Position numbers and translations under genes: made by a program. Below are positions 45,801 to 56,320 of a stretch of DNA of 64,000 nt, piece by piece. Every line of letters begins with the position of its first letter. The stretch's first letter is position 1. The notes beneath the pieces were generated by a model. The model saw only the letters and a program-made list of their open reading frames with translations, was not told where the DNA came from and searched no databases. The DNA is taken from positions 25,234,001 to 25,298,000 of the forward strand of contig NC_045138.2 of NCBI RefSeq assembly GCF_008831285.2, in the 5' to 3' direction. The DNA is from Nymphaea colorata. Lineage: Eukaryota.

Positions 45801-48800
45801 TTAAATAGGTATCAGCCAAAGACCAACATGATAGGTATCAGCCAACCAGCTTTTCACCTAAGATAAAGAATCAACTGATGGATATTTAAGCGCCACACAA
45901 TTTGTAGACGTGATATTTTCACGAAGACCTGTAAAGTGATGCTGTGATACAATAAAGAAGCGACATGCCTGGGTCCACGGTCGCGGTTAAACTAACCACA
46001 ACTCCTACCAAGTTATACTGATAGGTCACGTTTTTTAGGGGTTGGTACAACGGCTTAAGGACCAGGTAGCTAGTGAATGTTAAGAGAGTCAACTTCATAT
46101 GCTACCAAAAGGGTCATTAAAGAGCATTAGAGGCGGCACTCCAAAACGTCAAAGACAAAAAACGAAAGGTTGAGTGGAAATTTCGGCTCTCTACCAACCA
46201 AGCAGTGGGTTCCCTTCTGAGACAAAAGTTATACTGACTTGACTTCACACATGTTGAAGTCTTTAGGGCTCCAAAATTTTGAATCCAACCCTGAACCACT
46301 CAGATGGTATATGAAACCCTATTCTTTTTGCATATTGTTTTTCATCTAATGTTTTTTTTTGTGTAATAACATATTTCTACGTTAACCTTCTCGTCTTTTT
46401 ACCTATTGTAAATAAATCACCATAACTACAACGTTACATAATTCCGTGTGTTCAACGATAGGATGTTCTTATATCGCGATCCTCTTAGAAAAGGGAATGT
46501 TAGATACGCTTAGGCTATACTGATGTGGTATCATATCATCAGATCCACAGTTGGAATTATCTATTTAATATTCAACCTACATGTGGCTCTAATGATGTAG
46601 CAGATCAAATATTTGAGTGCAAGGTGGAAACAAAGAATATTATAGGAGAAAATATTCCTAAAATAGATCCATACAAGGAATATAAAGTACTTACTATTTT
46701 AGAAGAACATTTCGGCTTTTTTGGACATGCAGAGGCGTTTTAACTTTTAAATAGTGTGCCACATTAGGGATCGTATGGGCAGTTGCCCACACATGCCCAT
46801 ACAATTTATTAGGTCATGGTGTCTATCAATATTTTAGTGTGTACTAGAAGGACGCAATATTTTTTTGAGGGTTTTAAATTGTTTTACTATGTGCCAGTGC
46901 TCCTAAGCAAAAAAATTCTGATTGCACCATAAGCTCTCTCGATGGGGGCAAAACAATGTACATGAAACCTTGAATTTCTTGAAACTTGTCTTGCTCATCA
47001 ACGCCCACTTCTACTAATGCTCATGGAAGTCATCGTGCAATAAGCTATGTCTTTACTATGTGAAATGAATCTACCTCAATTTTTAAGGCAGATTCATGAA
47101 ACATTCACAAAGTGTCCATGTTGCCAAACAACTTCTTATTAACACCATTGACAAAATATATATAGCCGGTCCTCAGCTGCCTTTCTGATTGTAAGTTTCG
47201 GTACAGACAAACTCCATGTGAGTGCATGATCACCTCGTCAAGCCAATATCACTCTTCAATGACACTGAATACATATGCGATTGTAGGTCCTACAGCTCAG
47301 GACAGAATAATTGTCATGGCTGTTAATGTTTTACAAAAATAAAGTGCCTTTCTTGTTGTTGTCTTTTTGTATAAAGTATGTTTCCATTTTCCAACTTCTT
47401 TCTCATAGATTGCCTCGTTTTAGAATGACAAAGGTGTTCCTCTTTCAGTATAATTCGTTGAGCCTTTTGATGCTGTTCATTTTATGCAGTGGGCATAAGT
47501 GGTTTTTCCTGTAGATAAGTTCCTTGCAGTAAGATAAATAAGTTCAGTTCACACTGATCAATATCCCTTGAAAACTTAGGTGAATGAGTCCTGCATTCTC
47601 AGTGGTCATTATTTCACCTGGTTGGATGGACCACACTTGCAGAAATGGGTATTCGGCAAGAAAGGCAAACTATGGTTCTTTGTTCATCACTTATGAATGG
47701 AATTCAATGGATGAAATACTGTGAATAGGACATCTGACCTGACATCACTCATTGAAAATTATGAAATGTCATTCTCCACTGTTGGTAAATGTGCTCTCGT
47801 TAAATGCAGGTACTCCACTTCAAGGTATCCACATGAATATGAATGCACGTTGAACATTTTATCCATTCCTGTACTTGATGAAGATCCCTTCTCCAACAGC
47901 TTTCACCGGTTAAACTGTATATGCAGTGGTAAAACGCTCATGGTTTTTTTTCTTTAGCAACATTCAACATTCAAGTGCTTGAATGTTGGAAATCAAATTC
48001 CATTCATTGGGTGCTTCTTGCAGGATGTGGCACAAATACGCCTAAATATGGTTTTGTTTAAAAGCAAAAGAGCATTGTGGTAGATGGGCCAAGCAAAGTA
48101 GCCCTGAAGTGCAATTTTGATCAAGTGGTTGCTTGAATCTTTTGCATACTATTTAAATAGCTCGTATTTTTTTTTAATGTTTACTTAGGGAAAACTATCT
48201 TTCACGTAAAACCTCCAAGACTATATCATTCTGTCTTCAAGCTTCTATCGCTTCGAAGTTTGGATGAACCTACAATATATCCTTGTGCTCGGGTGTCATG
48301 CTTACTACCAATGGCAAAACAAAGTAGTGACATATTGATGTGACAATGTCCATGAAATTTGATCATTGGATCCATTGAATGTGAACTGCCTTGCTACCCG
48401 GTTGTGTTATATGTCCTTTGTGGTTTATTGTCTCTATAGTTGCCAAACGTTTCTCGAGGCAGCAAGGCACTCTGGGACCTTAGGGAGACGAGGGGGAGGG
48501 GCTTTGGCCATCACTCCAGCGGTGGGATTAGCCTCTCGCTCACCAAAACTATAATCGCCAGAAGTTCAATGGAAAGTTATCATTTGGAAGAAGAGAGGTT
48601 GTGGCAAGCATGAGCTTCTAAGTTCTAACCCCTTGACAACATAAACGAAGCATGAATTATGTACGTAGGCATCGGGAAAGCTCAAGTTGGTATGGATCCA
48701 AAGGTTAAAGTCACTAACTAATTAAATCTCATGGCCTTGCTTGAATATGATCCCGTCAGAGGTGAATTTTTTGTTCCGGGAAGATTAATTTAAGCCACTT

Positions 48801-49447
48801 ATGCAAGACAAGAAGAGCAGGGTGAAAAACAGGGCTAAGGTAGCATTGGAAGGACAAACTGTTCTTTTAGAGGGAGAAAATATCAACCGCTTTGGGATTG
48901 CGGGTGGAATAAAAGTTTACCACTAACAAATGAGGTTGAAAACGCAACATGTAAGGTGAAAAATGTTTCATTACCCAAAAGAAAGGCCGGCAAAAAGTTC
49001 AGACCCTTTATGGTTGAAAAATTCTCAACACTTTTTGAGGGTGAAAGAATGTTCACCTGGTTAGAGTACATTTGAAAATGTTGCCTTATCTTAAGAATAA
49101 ATGCACATTCGGAGTACACTTTACCCTGCACCCAAGCACTATTGAGGAAAATTCTAGAATAGTACTTAAATAAACTAAAATTAATCTTCTATTTAAATAT
49201 TTGAAATTCGAAACCTGATATATTGCGTGTAATTGGATAACGTTATGTCCCTCAATATCGAGTGTTCACAAAATTCGATATAAGAGAAATTTATACTAAA
49301 TACAAATCTGATAATTCCATTGAATGTTAATTTTCTTGTCGAATTTAACTGCTTGAATTCGGATTCCAACCGGTGTATGGGGCTTAGTATCAATGTTGAC
49401 ATACCATTTACCCTTTCTCGTTTTCGACCGAAGCCAGCCATTGAACA

Positions 49448-51323
49448 ATGTGGCGCTCCCAAATTCCCAAATTTAAATCCTCGGTTCCAGCCTTCCTCAT
49501 TTCCTCCTTCAGCCTGAAACCGCTGCCAGTTTGCGCCATGGAGTGGCCCTGTTGTAGGTGCACCTTCCTCAATCCTTCCTCCGAGAAATCATCTTGTCAA
49601 GTATGCCTGACTCCCAAATCTTCCCCTTCTCCCTCCAAGACCATACAGGAATCGTCGTTAGCTTCTTCTTTTTCTTCTGCACCAACACCACCATCCTCAT
49701 CCCAATGGCCATGCATGGTCTGCACCTTTCTGAACCCTCTGGGCGCCACCAGGTGTGGAATCTGCAGCACCACTAAGACCGAAACTACCTCTCTTCTGGA
49801 TGACGATGACGACGTACCGGATGATTCTGTTGGGTCTGTCTTTCGCCCCTTGAAGCGCTGCAATCTAGCTCGACAATCTGACAAGCCGTCCGGTGAACCA
49901 AGCGGAGCGCCGGCAAACTCCGATGTATTGAGTTCGGTCGAGTACGCCAATAACGAACTGTTGCGGGAGCTTCACGCCGAGAAACGGGCAAGGATGGAAG
50001 CCTTGAAGTCGGACCAATCCATTGGTGGGGATTGATGATCTTATAGCTTCTGCTTTTTCTGACCCTCCTATTCATGTTTCTTTTTGGCGCCTTGATCTTC
50101 ATCTCCACTGATGGGATAGCGGGGTTTCCATTTTGTCCATGTCTTGATTGCTCTATGGTCTTCTAGCTTGAAGTTCGGGTGCTTAACATGATGAAGTGAA
50201 TTGGGTTCGTGAGATTTATCCTGCTTTGTTAAGTGTGAATTGCAAATTGTGATAACAAGTGGATATATGAATCTTAGACTATTGATTAGACGATGACCTG
50301 CTACAATGAGGAAAAAGAATGTAGGGAGCGTACAAGGCTTTCATGATTTAGAGATTTTGATGGTGGAAAGAAGAATTCAGTCAGTACTCCTATTCAAGAT
50401 GTGACATGTTTATATAATCCTGGTTTCTGAATGTTCATGGACCGCTTTCTTTAGCCGCATATTTCCTGAACGAAGAAAAGATAAACTTTTAATAAAAAGT
50501 TACGGGGAAATAGCCAGAGAAAGGAGGTGTCTGCGAGTCAGCCTCTGGTGCTGTACTAATTTACAACTAGTGCACGTAACGATTATGGCATTCTTTTATT
50601 GCTGTGGCTTAAAACAGATGGCCCTCAGGCCTCAACTACATTGCTAAGTAGGAAGTAGGCTGGATCATGTAGTGGTAACATATGAGCTATCCTACTGTGA
50701 AATTTATAGTTCTGCTGCCTTAATTTCATGGCTGATTTAGTTTCATCCTTCATTATGGGTTTAAAGATAATGCTGTGGCTAGGTATATGATAGTCCAAGA
50801 TTGGTGCAAAAGTTGTATAGGTAAAGATAGGAGGGGAAAGGAGAAAAAAAATTTCATGGTTAGAAGATGCCGTATCCAATTGATGGAAGGGATAGTACTG
50901 CACGATTAGATCTGCTAACTATTATTATGCGAGTTAGTATGCACGTCTTTACCAGTTATATGTCATGCGAATTTTACTTATACTTATCCGACTTTTCCAG
51001 CATCAGTTACTATCCATTTCAATCAAGAGAAGTCATTATTATAATTGCAAGAAAGTTACAACATACATCTGTCTTTAAGCAATTCCTCATCTATTTTGAC
51101 TGAATTTACACCTGAACAATGTACATCGTACTATTCGACTGAAAAGGTTACACCTGTACATTTTATGTTTCCTCTTGACAGGCCTTACTGAACCATGTCA
51201 AGAATTGGACACCATGACAATCTTGACATACAATGTTTGGTTCAGGGAAGATCTAGAGTTGAATGAGAGGATGCGGGCACTTGGTGAACTCATCAAACAG
51301 CATGATCCGCACGCCATTTGTTT

Positions 51324-51381
<58 letters not shown>

Positions 51382-51613
51382 CACGCCTGCATGCTGGCAC
51401 ACAAGCAAACACTTATCTTTCTAAACTTGAAACTTTCTGAACTTTCTTATGGCTTATATTGTAGGAAGTCACACCCGACATATATGAAATTTTTAAGAAA
51501 TCAAGTTGGTGGAATGCATACCACTGCTCAGTGTCAGATAGATTGGCATCTGTAAGGCCTTACTTTTGCATGCAGGTGAGCAAAAGAAGGCATAAAGGAA
51601 TTCTTTGTAGACT

Positions 51614-51645
<32 letters not shown>

Positions 51646-53018
51646 CTTTCCTTATACACAACAGAGAGAGACACTTGGATATGTGTGCACCACTATCCCT
51701 TCGATGTGCAGAAATGGATTGTTTTCCTTCAGAAATAAGAATCCCACTGTCAAACTTACATGTACTTCGCTGTAGCATTGCCTGTTAAGTGTTAAAATAA
51801 TCTGGTTTATTACAATAAGATGACTGCAGATATGTGTACTTTCCAATGTAAAAGTGTCGGTAAGTTTTCTACATCTCAACTATTTGCTGTTTATTGGCAT
51901 GACCCCTTTTAGCATGTAGTTGATCAGTTGGTGTTTGCTGAGTCTAACTGCAAAGTGGTGCAGATAGAACAAACTACCAAGAATTTATCTTCTGTTTGCA
52001 TATGATCCAGTGTAAAAGAGTCATTAATTCTTTCAAGCCAAAGTTATTTACAATTTATTGGCATGACCCATTTAGCAGATAGTTAGTGCTTGTTGAGTCT
52101 TGACTGCTAAGTGGTCCAAACTCCAGACAGAACAAATGACCAAGTTCATGTCTTTTGTTTGCATTTGCATTAGTTAATGAGGGATTATTATGTGCTGTGA
52201 AAGCTTTTTATGCATTTGTTTGAAAATGTGCATACAAATCAAGGATTTGTTCTCACTTCTCAGGTCTCCGGAAAGTTTAAATTGTTCTCTGTATGTGTAT
52301 GTATGGGAGAGCACTGATGCTTCTCTTGTCCTTATTAACAATATTGGTTATTGACATAATAATGTTATTGTGTTCATGATTATGCTAACCAACATGGCCT
52401 GATGCAATTCAGCTGAGCAAGCTATCAGTAAAAGGATTCTATCGCTACCCATTCAACAATTCCATAATGGGAAGGGAACTCTGCTTGGCTGACCTTGATG
52501 TTGGTGCGGGGAAGCAGTTGGTAGTTGCCACCAGTCACCTTGAAAGTCCTTGCCCTGCACCCCCAAGATGGGACCAAATGTACAGCAAAGAACGCATTGT
52601 CCAGGCAAATGAAGCTTTAGAACGACTTAAGGCTTTCCCAAATGCCATATTCTGTGGTGACATGAATTGGGATGACAAGTTAGATGGCACCTTTCCATTA
52701 GTTGAAGGGTGGATTGATGCTTGGCTTGAGCTTAGGCCTGGAGAAAATGGTTGGACGTATGATACAAAAGGAAATGAGATGTTGTCAGGTAATAGGACGT
52801 TGCAGAAGCGGTTGGACAGAGTCATGTGCAATTTGAGAGATTTTCAGATAGCCAGTATTGATATGATTGGGCAGGAAGCAATTCCAGGACTATCATATTG
52901 CAAGGAGAAGAAAGCGAAGAACACTGTGAAGAAACTGGTGCTCCCAGTCTTGCCAAGTGATCACTATGGACTGCTCTTGAAAATAGAGCAGAAGCATGGG
53001 AAACTAGCACAGAAATGA
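49448..53018 (+). CDS. TDP2: Tyrosyl-DNA phosphodiesterase 2-like EEP-family protein with two N-terminal RanBP2-type zinc fingers, 4 exons
   Basis: Exons are 49448 (or 49538)-50024, 51182-51327, 51465-51575 and 52413-53018, all in frame. The zinc fingers are WPCCRCTFLN..CQVC and WPCMVCTFLN..CGIC. EEP motifs are LTYNVWF, ICLQEV, ATSHLES, CGDMN, RLDR and PSDHYG. Confidence 0.9.
51329..51379. repeat. (TC)n microsatellite starting within the TDP2 intron-2 donor
   Basis: Read directly: CAG|GTCTCTCTC... Confidence 0.95.
51890..52164. repeat. Diverged direct repeat (about 110 bp, two copies) in TDP2 intron 3
   Basis: TTTATTGGCATGACCC..TTTAGCA..TGAGTCT..ACTGC.AAGTGGT..AGAACAAA..ACCAAG..TGTTTGCAT occurs at about 51890-52002 and about 52054-52164. 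Confidence 0.8.
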
Positions 53019-53891
53019 CTTCTGCACGAACAGAAGTGCATGAAATCCCCTGGATGACCTGCAACTGGTTTGGTTTGGTATTTTGCTGTGAAATCGTTCT
53101 CTTTTTTGTGATCTAAACGTTGGATGCTTTAACGTCAAGAAAGGCCAGAGCACCGACAGAGGATGACTGAATGATACTCTGATCCTAGACCTTTGTGCTT
53201 CTAGTTCTAAACCGTTATCCAACCGTATGTCTTTGTAGATAATCTTGATGACATTTAATGTTACTTACAGTATAGGCTGATGGTCATTTTGCTAATGTGT
53301 ATGTGGTTGCTAACTTGATGGCATGATACAAATGTAATCTCTTTCTTTTGCCGGGTTCGTTCTCTTTGTTTTACTATGTATGCATAATGTATTAGCATTT
53401 TAGATAGTTTGTTCACGAGCGCATATACTTTACAGGAGATTTACATTCAAGTGCTACACTTTTCAAATGGAAAAATAAACTTTTTAAAGAAAATTTCTTT
53501 TATAGTCAGCTTGACTTCCAAGTGGCCAATTTCACATTTGACTCGCTTTAATTGAATATCATTTTCTGGCTCCTTTTTGATGTATATCAGTGATAAATTT
53601 AAAACGTAAAGAACAAAAAGGTCACCAAGGTTTAACTGTGCAAGTTCTTATGAAAAAAAAAAAACAAACAATTGCCTTAAATATTTAAGGTCAGGCCAAC
53701 TTAATGTAACCTTTTCTACTTTAAGCATCTAATTACTGGATGAATGCAACTTACCCTCTCATCAATAATAAGTCAACGATGAGTGATGGTATGCCGAAAA
53801 GTGTTAAACTTGTTTAATAGCTCTAACGTTAGAGTAAGGCTTCGAGATTCCCTTTGCAGGTTTCAGCAATTTGATTATAAGTAGGGTATCT

Positions 53892-54213
53892 TGTTGGTGT
53901 ATGAAATTTGATTCATACTGGACACTTATTTGCAATACCGTAGATTCAATTTCGCGGTGTAAGGACATTTATGTCATTTTGTACAAATGCGGGTTTGCCC
54001 TAATCTTTATGTTGTGAGGGGGGGCGCAGTTTCTTTTTGGGTCTTTTCTCTGAGAGTGTCTGTGTTCATCTGAAAGTGAATAGTGAAAGATCTGTGCGAC
54101 CGTGGACGTAGGAGATTATTGCTCTGAACCACGTAAATCTTTGTCTTCTTCCTTATTGTTTCTATCCTCTTCTTGAGAGTGCGAGAGGAGAGTTTTGTGT
54201 ATTGTTTCTAACA
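53892..54213 (+). mobile_element. Solo LTR of a Ty1/Copia-type retrotransposon (322 bp)
   Basis: The termini are TGTTGG...CTAACA and the 5-bp flanks TATCT / TACCT match at 4 of 5 positions. The internal GTGGACGTAGG..GAACCACGTAAATC motif is typical of plant Copia LTR R/U5 regions. No PBS or internal domain is adjacent. Confidence 0.7.
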
Positions 54214-54556
54214 TACCTGTGAGGTTCAAATCGTTTTGGATGCAAGACCCTCTCCCTTTTTCCATACCTTTGGAATTTAAGACTACTTTGAAATTTGGGT
54301 GGAGAGTGGTACACAGTGTTACACATTCACTGTCTTAATATATAAGAGTAGTGTGAGAATTGAACTGATGATTGGAGTTTCACCCATCACTAACTAGGCT
54401 ACACCACTTAAAACTAATGGATTGAGTCTGTCGGCAAGTACCTAAAAATCCTGTTGTCCAACTTAAAGGGAGGAAGTAAGCAGTTGTAATGAAAATTGGA
54501 TATTGGATTGGATAGTTGGAACCTCAAATCCATACAAATATTGTTATACATTCAAA

Positions 54557-54838
54557 CCTTTTATTATGCTAAAAAAAATAATAAAGTACGTCATGAATAG
54601 TAGGAAGTTGACAGAAAGTATGCATCCAAAACCAGTTAATTTTTCTTTCTTTATGATGAAAATAGTGTTGGGTATATTTTGAAAAGGCGATATATACCTT
54701 TTATTATGCTAAAAAGAAAATAATAAGGTACGTCATGAATAGTAGGAAGTTGACAGAAAGTATGCATCCAAAACCAGTTAATTTTTCTTTCTTTATGATG
54801 AAAATAGTGTTGGGTATATTTTGAAAAGGCGATATATA
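54557..54838. repeat. Near-perfect tandem duplication of about 140 bp, followed by (TA)n
   Basis: 54557-54696 is repeated at 54697-54838. The differences are confined to the first 30 or so nt (A-tract length and a substitution). Confidence 0.95.
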
Positions 54839-56186
54839 TATATATATATATCTCTCCAAGTCAATATTCATGCAACGTTGATTGAGTCCTGCCTCACGTT
54901 CAGCGTCACTACTAAGTTGATTTCTATTTCTCGAATGTCTAATCCGATACATTTAACTAAGGGAAATATAATTATCCCATAAAAGATAGTTATTTATGTT
55001 GCTTATCTATTTTGACTTCACTAAAAAGAGCCACACTTGTTTGAGCTGTCCCACAAATTAGTGGGCAGTTTTTTCCTAATGGTAGCAAAAAAGAGTGTTA
55101 CAAAGATCGGCTTTAATCCACTGAGCCAGTGGTAGGTATGCCAATTCGATCCAGTGGCCAATTAAGGAATACATTTGCTATTATTTTTAAAATATCTTTA
55201 TGAGTTTTCTCATTTTAAGTAATTTGCAAGTTATTTTTCACTTACTTCATTAAAAAACTAAATACTTTAATATTTCTGCCGATTTAAATAGATGGCTCAA
55301 TCGGTCTATTCAAGCAGCTTGGCAACTTTTGACTGGCACTTGCAGCAATTCAGTCCAGTACTCTTGGAAAACCCAATTTACTTCTTCTTTTTTTTTCTAA
55401 AACTCTCAAATCCAATTTATTTTATTTTTTTAGCTTGTATTTCAGGGCACCTTCAAAAAATGGCGTTTTGTGACCATTTGTGTTGTAATCAGTATTGAAA
55501 ACTTTGTCTAGATAAAAATTACATTTTGTGTGAATAATGTAAGGGGAGGCTAAGTGATTCACTTTCTGTCGAAAGCCAACGAAAATAAATTTTGATTACC
55601 TCAAACTCTATAACATAGCTCGTTTAAGTAGGAAACGTGTAGATGGTGCGTCCTTGCTTCGATTTTCATGGGTGTTACTCCTTTAAATTGTAAAAAATGG
55701 TAGTGCTTTATTGAATTGAAGGCAACCTGCTGCTCTTATAAACCCCAATGCAGCATAAGACTTTAGAGGTAGGAGAAATGAGGTCGGATTTCTCTTCCAA
55801 ATGAAGTATTGTTATATGAGCAAATACGCTTTAAATTTCCGTTCACATTCAAAGTAATAGTTATAGGCGTCACCCAAATCACTCTAAAATTGTTCTATCC
55901 ACATGTCTCCTCTAAAGCATTCATGGATAACTAAGATAGTCTTTTGGCACCAATAACTTATTGTTATTGTTTTAAGAATTTATTTCTGAAAAATAAAACA
56001 GATTCATCGAACACTTATAATGGCGTTTTATTATTCTACCCTATTTTTTGAGAAGAGTTCTTCAAATAATAACATACCGTTGTAGATTAGAACCATTTTG
56101 AGTTTCGGACTTATAAATTTGAAATGGAATGTTATGCTGGAGCACAGACCCGGATCGGATTCCACAATGGTAATTTTGTTGACAGG

Positions 56187-56250
56187 TAGGGATGCAATAG
56201 TAAATGTCGACTTAAAACCCTAAAACCCTCGCCGCATCGCGCCTATATGA
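56187..56250 (+). promoter_or_regulatory. Fibrillarin promoter with a telo-box (AAACCCTAA, 56215-56223), a tef-box-like motif (about 56187-56204) and TATA-like CTATATGA
   Basis: AAACCCTAA is seen directly. AGGGATGCAATAGT is one mismatch from the tef-box consensus ARGGRYANNNNNGT. This combination is typical of plant ribosome-biogenesis genes. Confidence 0.6.
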
Positions 56251-56320
56251 ATCTCTAAAACCCTCTTCGCTCCTCACTCGCCCACGCTCAGACTCCAGAA
56301 TCCCTTCGACTTCATTCAGG

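Noticed and set aside
47967..47990. Perfect 11-bp hairpin CAACATTCAAG-TG-CTTGAATGTTG
   Set aside because: It is too short for a miRNA precursor, the pairing does not extend, and it matches no miRNA I recall.
50188..50260. ATGATGA C-box-like word in TDP2 intron 1
   Set aside because: No CTGA D box or closing stem follows at snoRNA distance.
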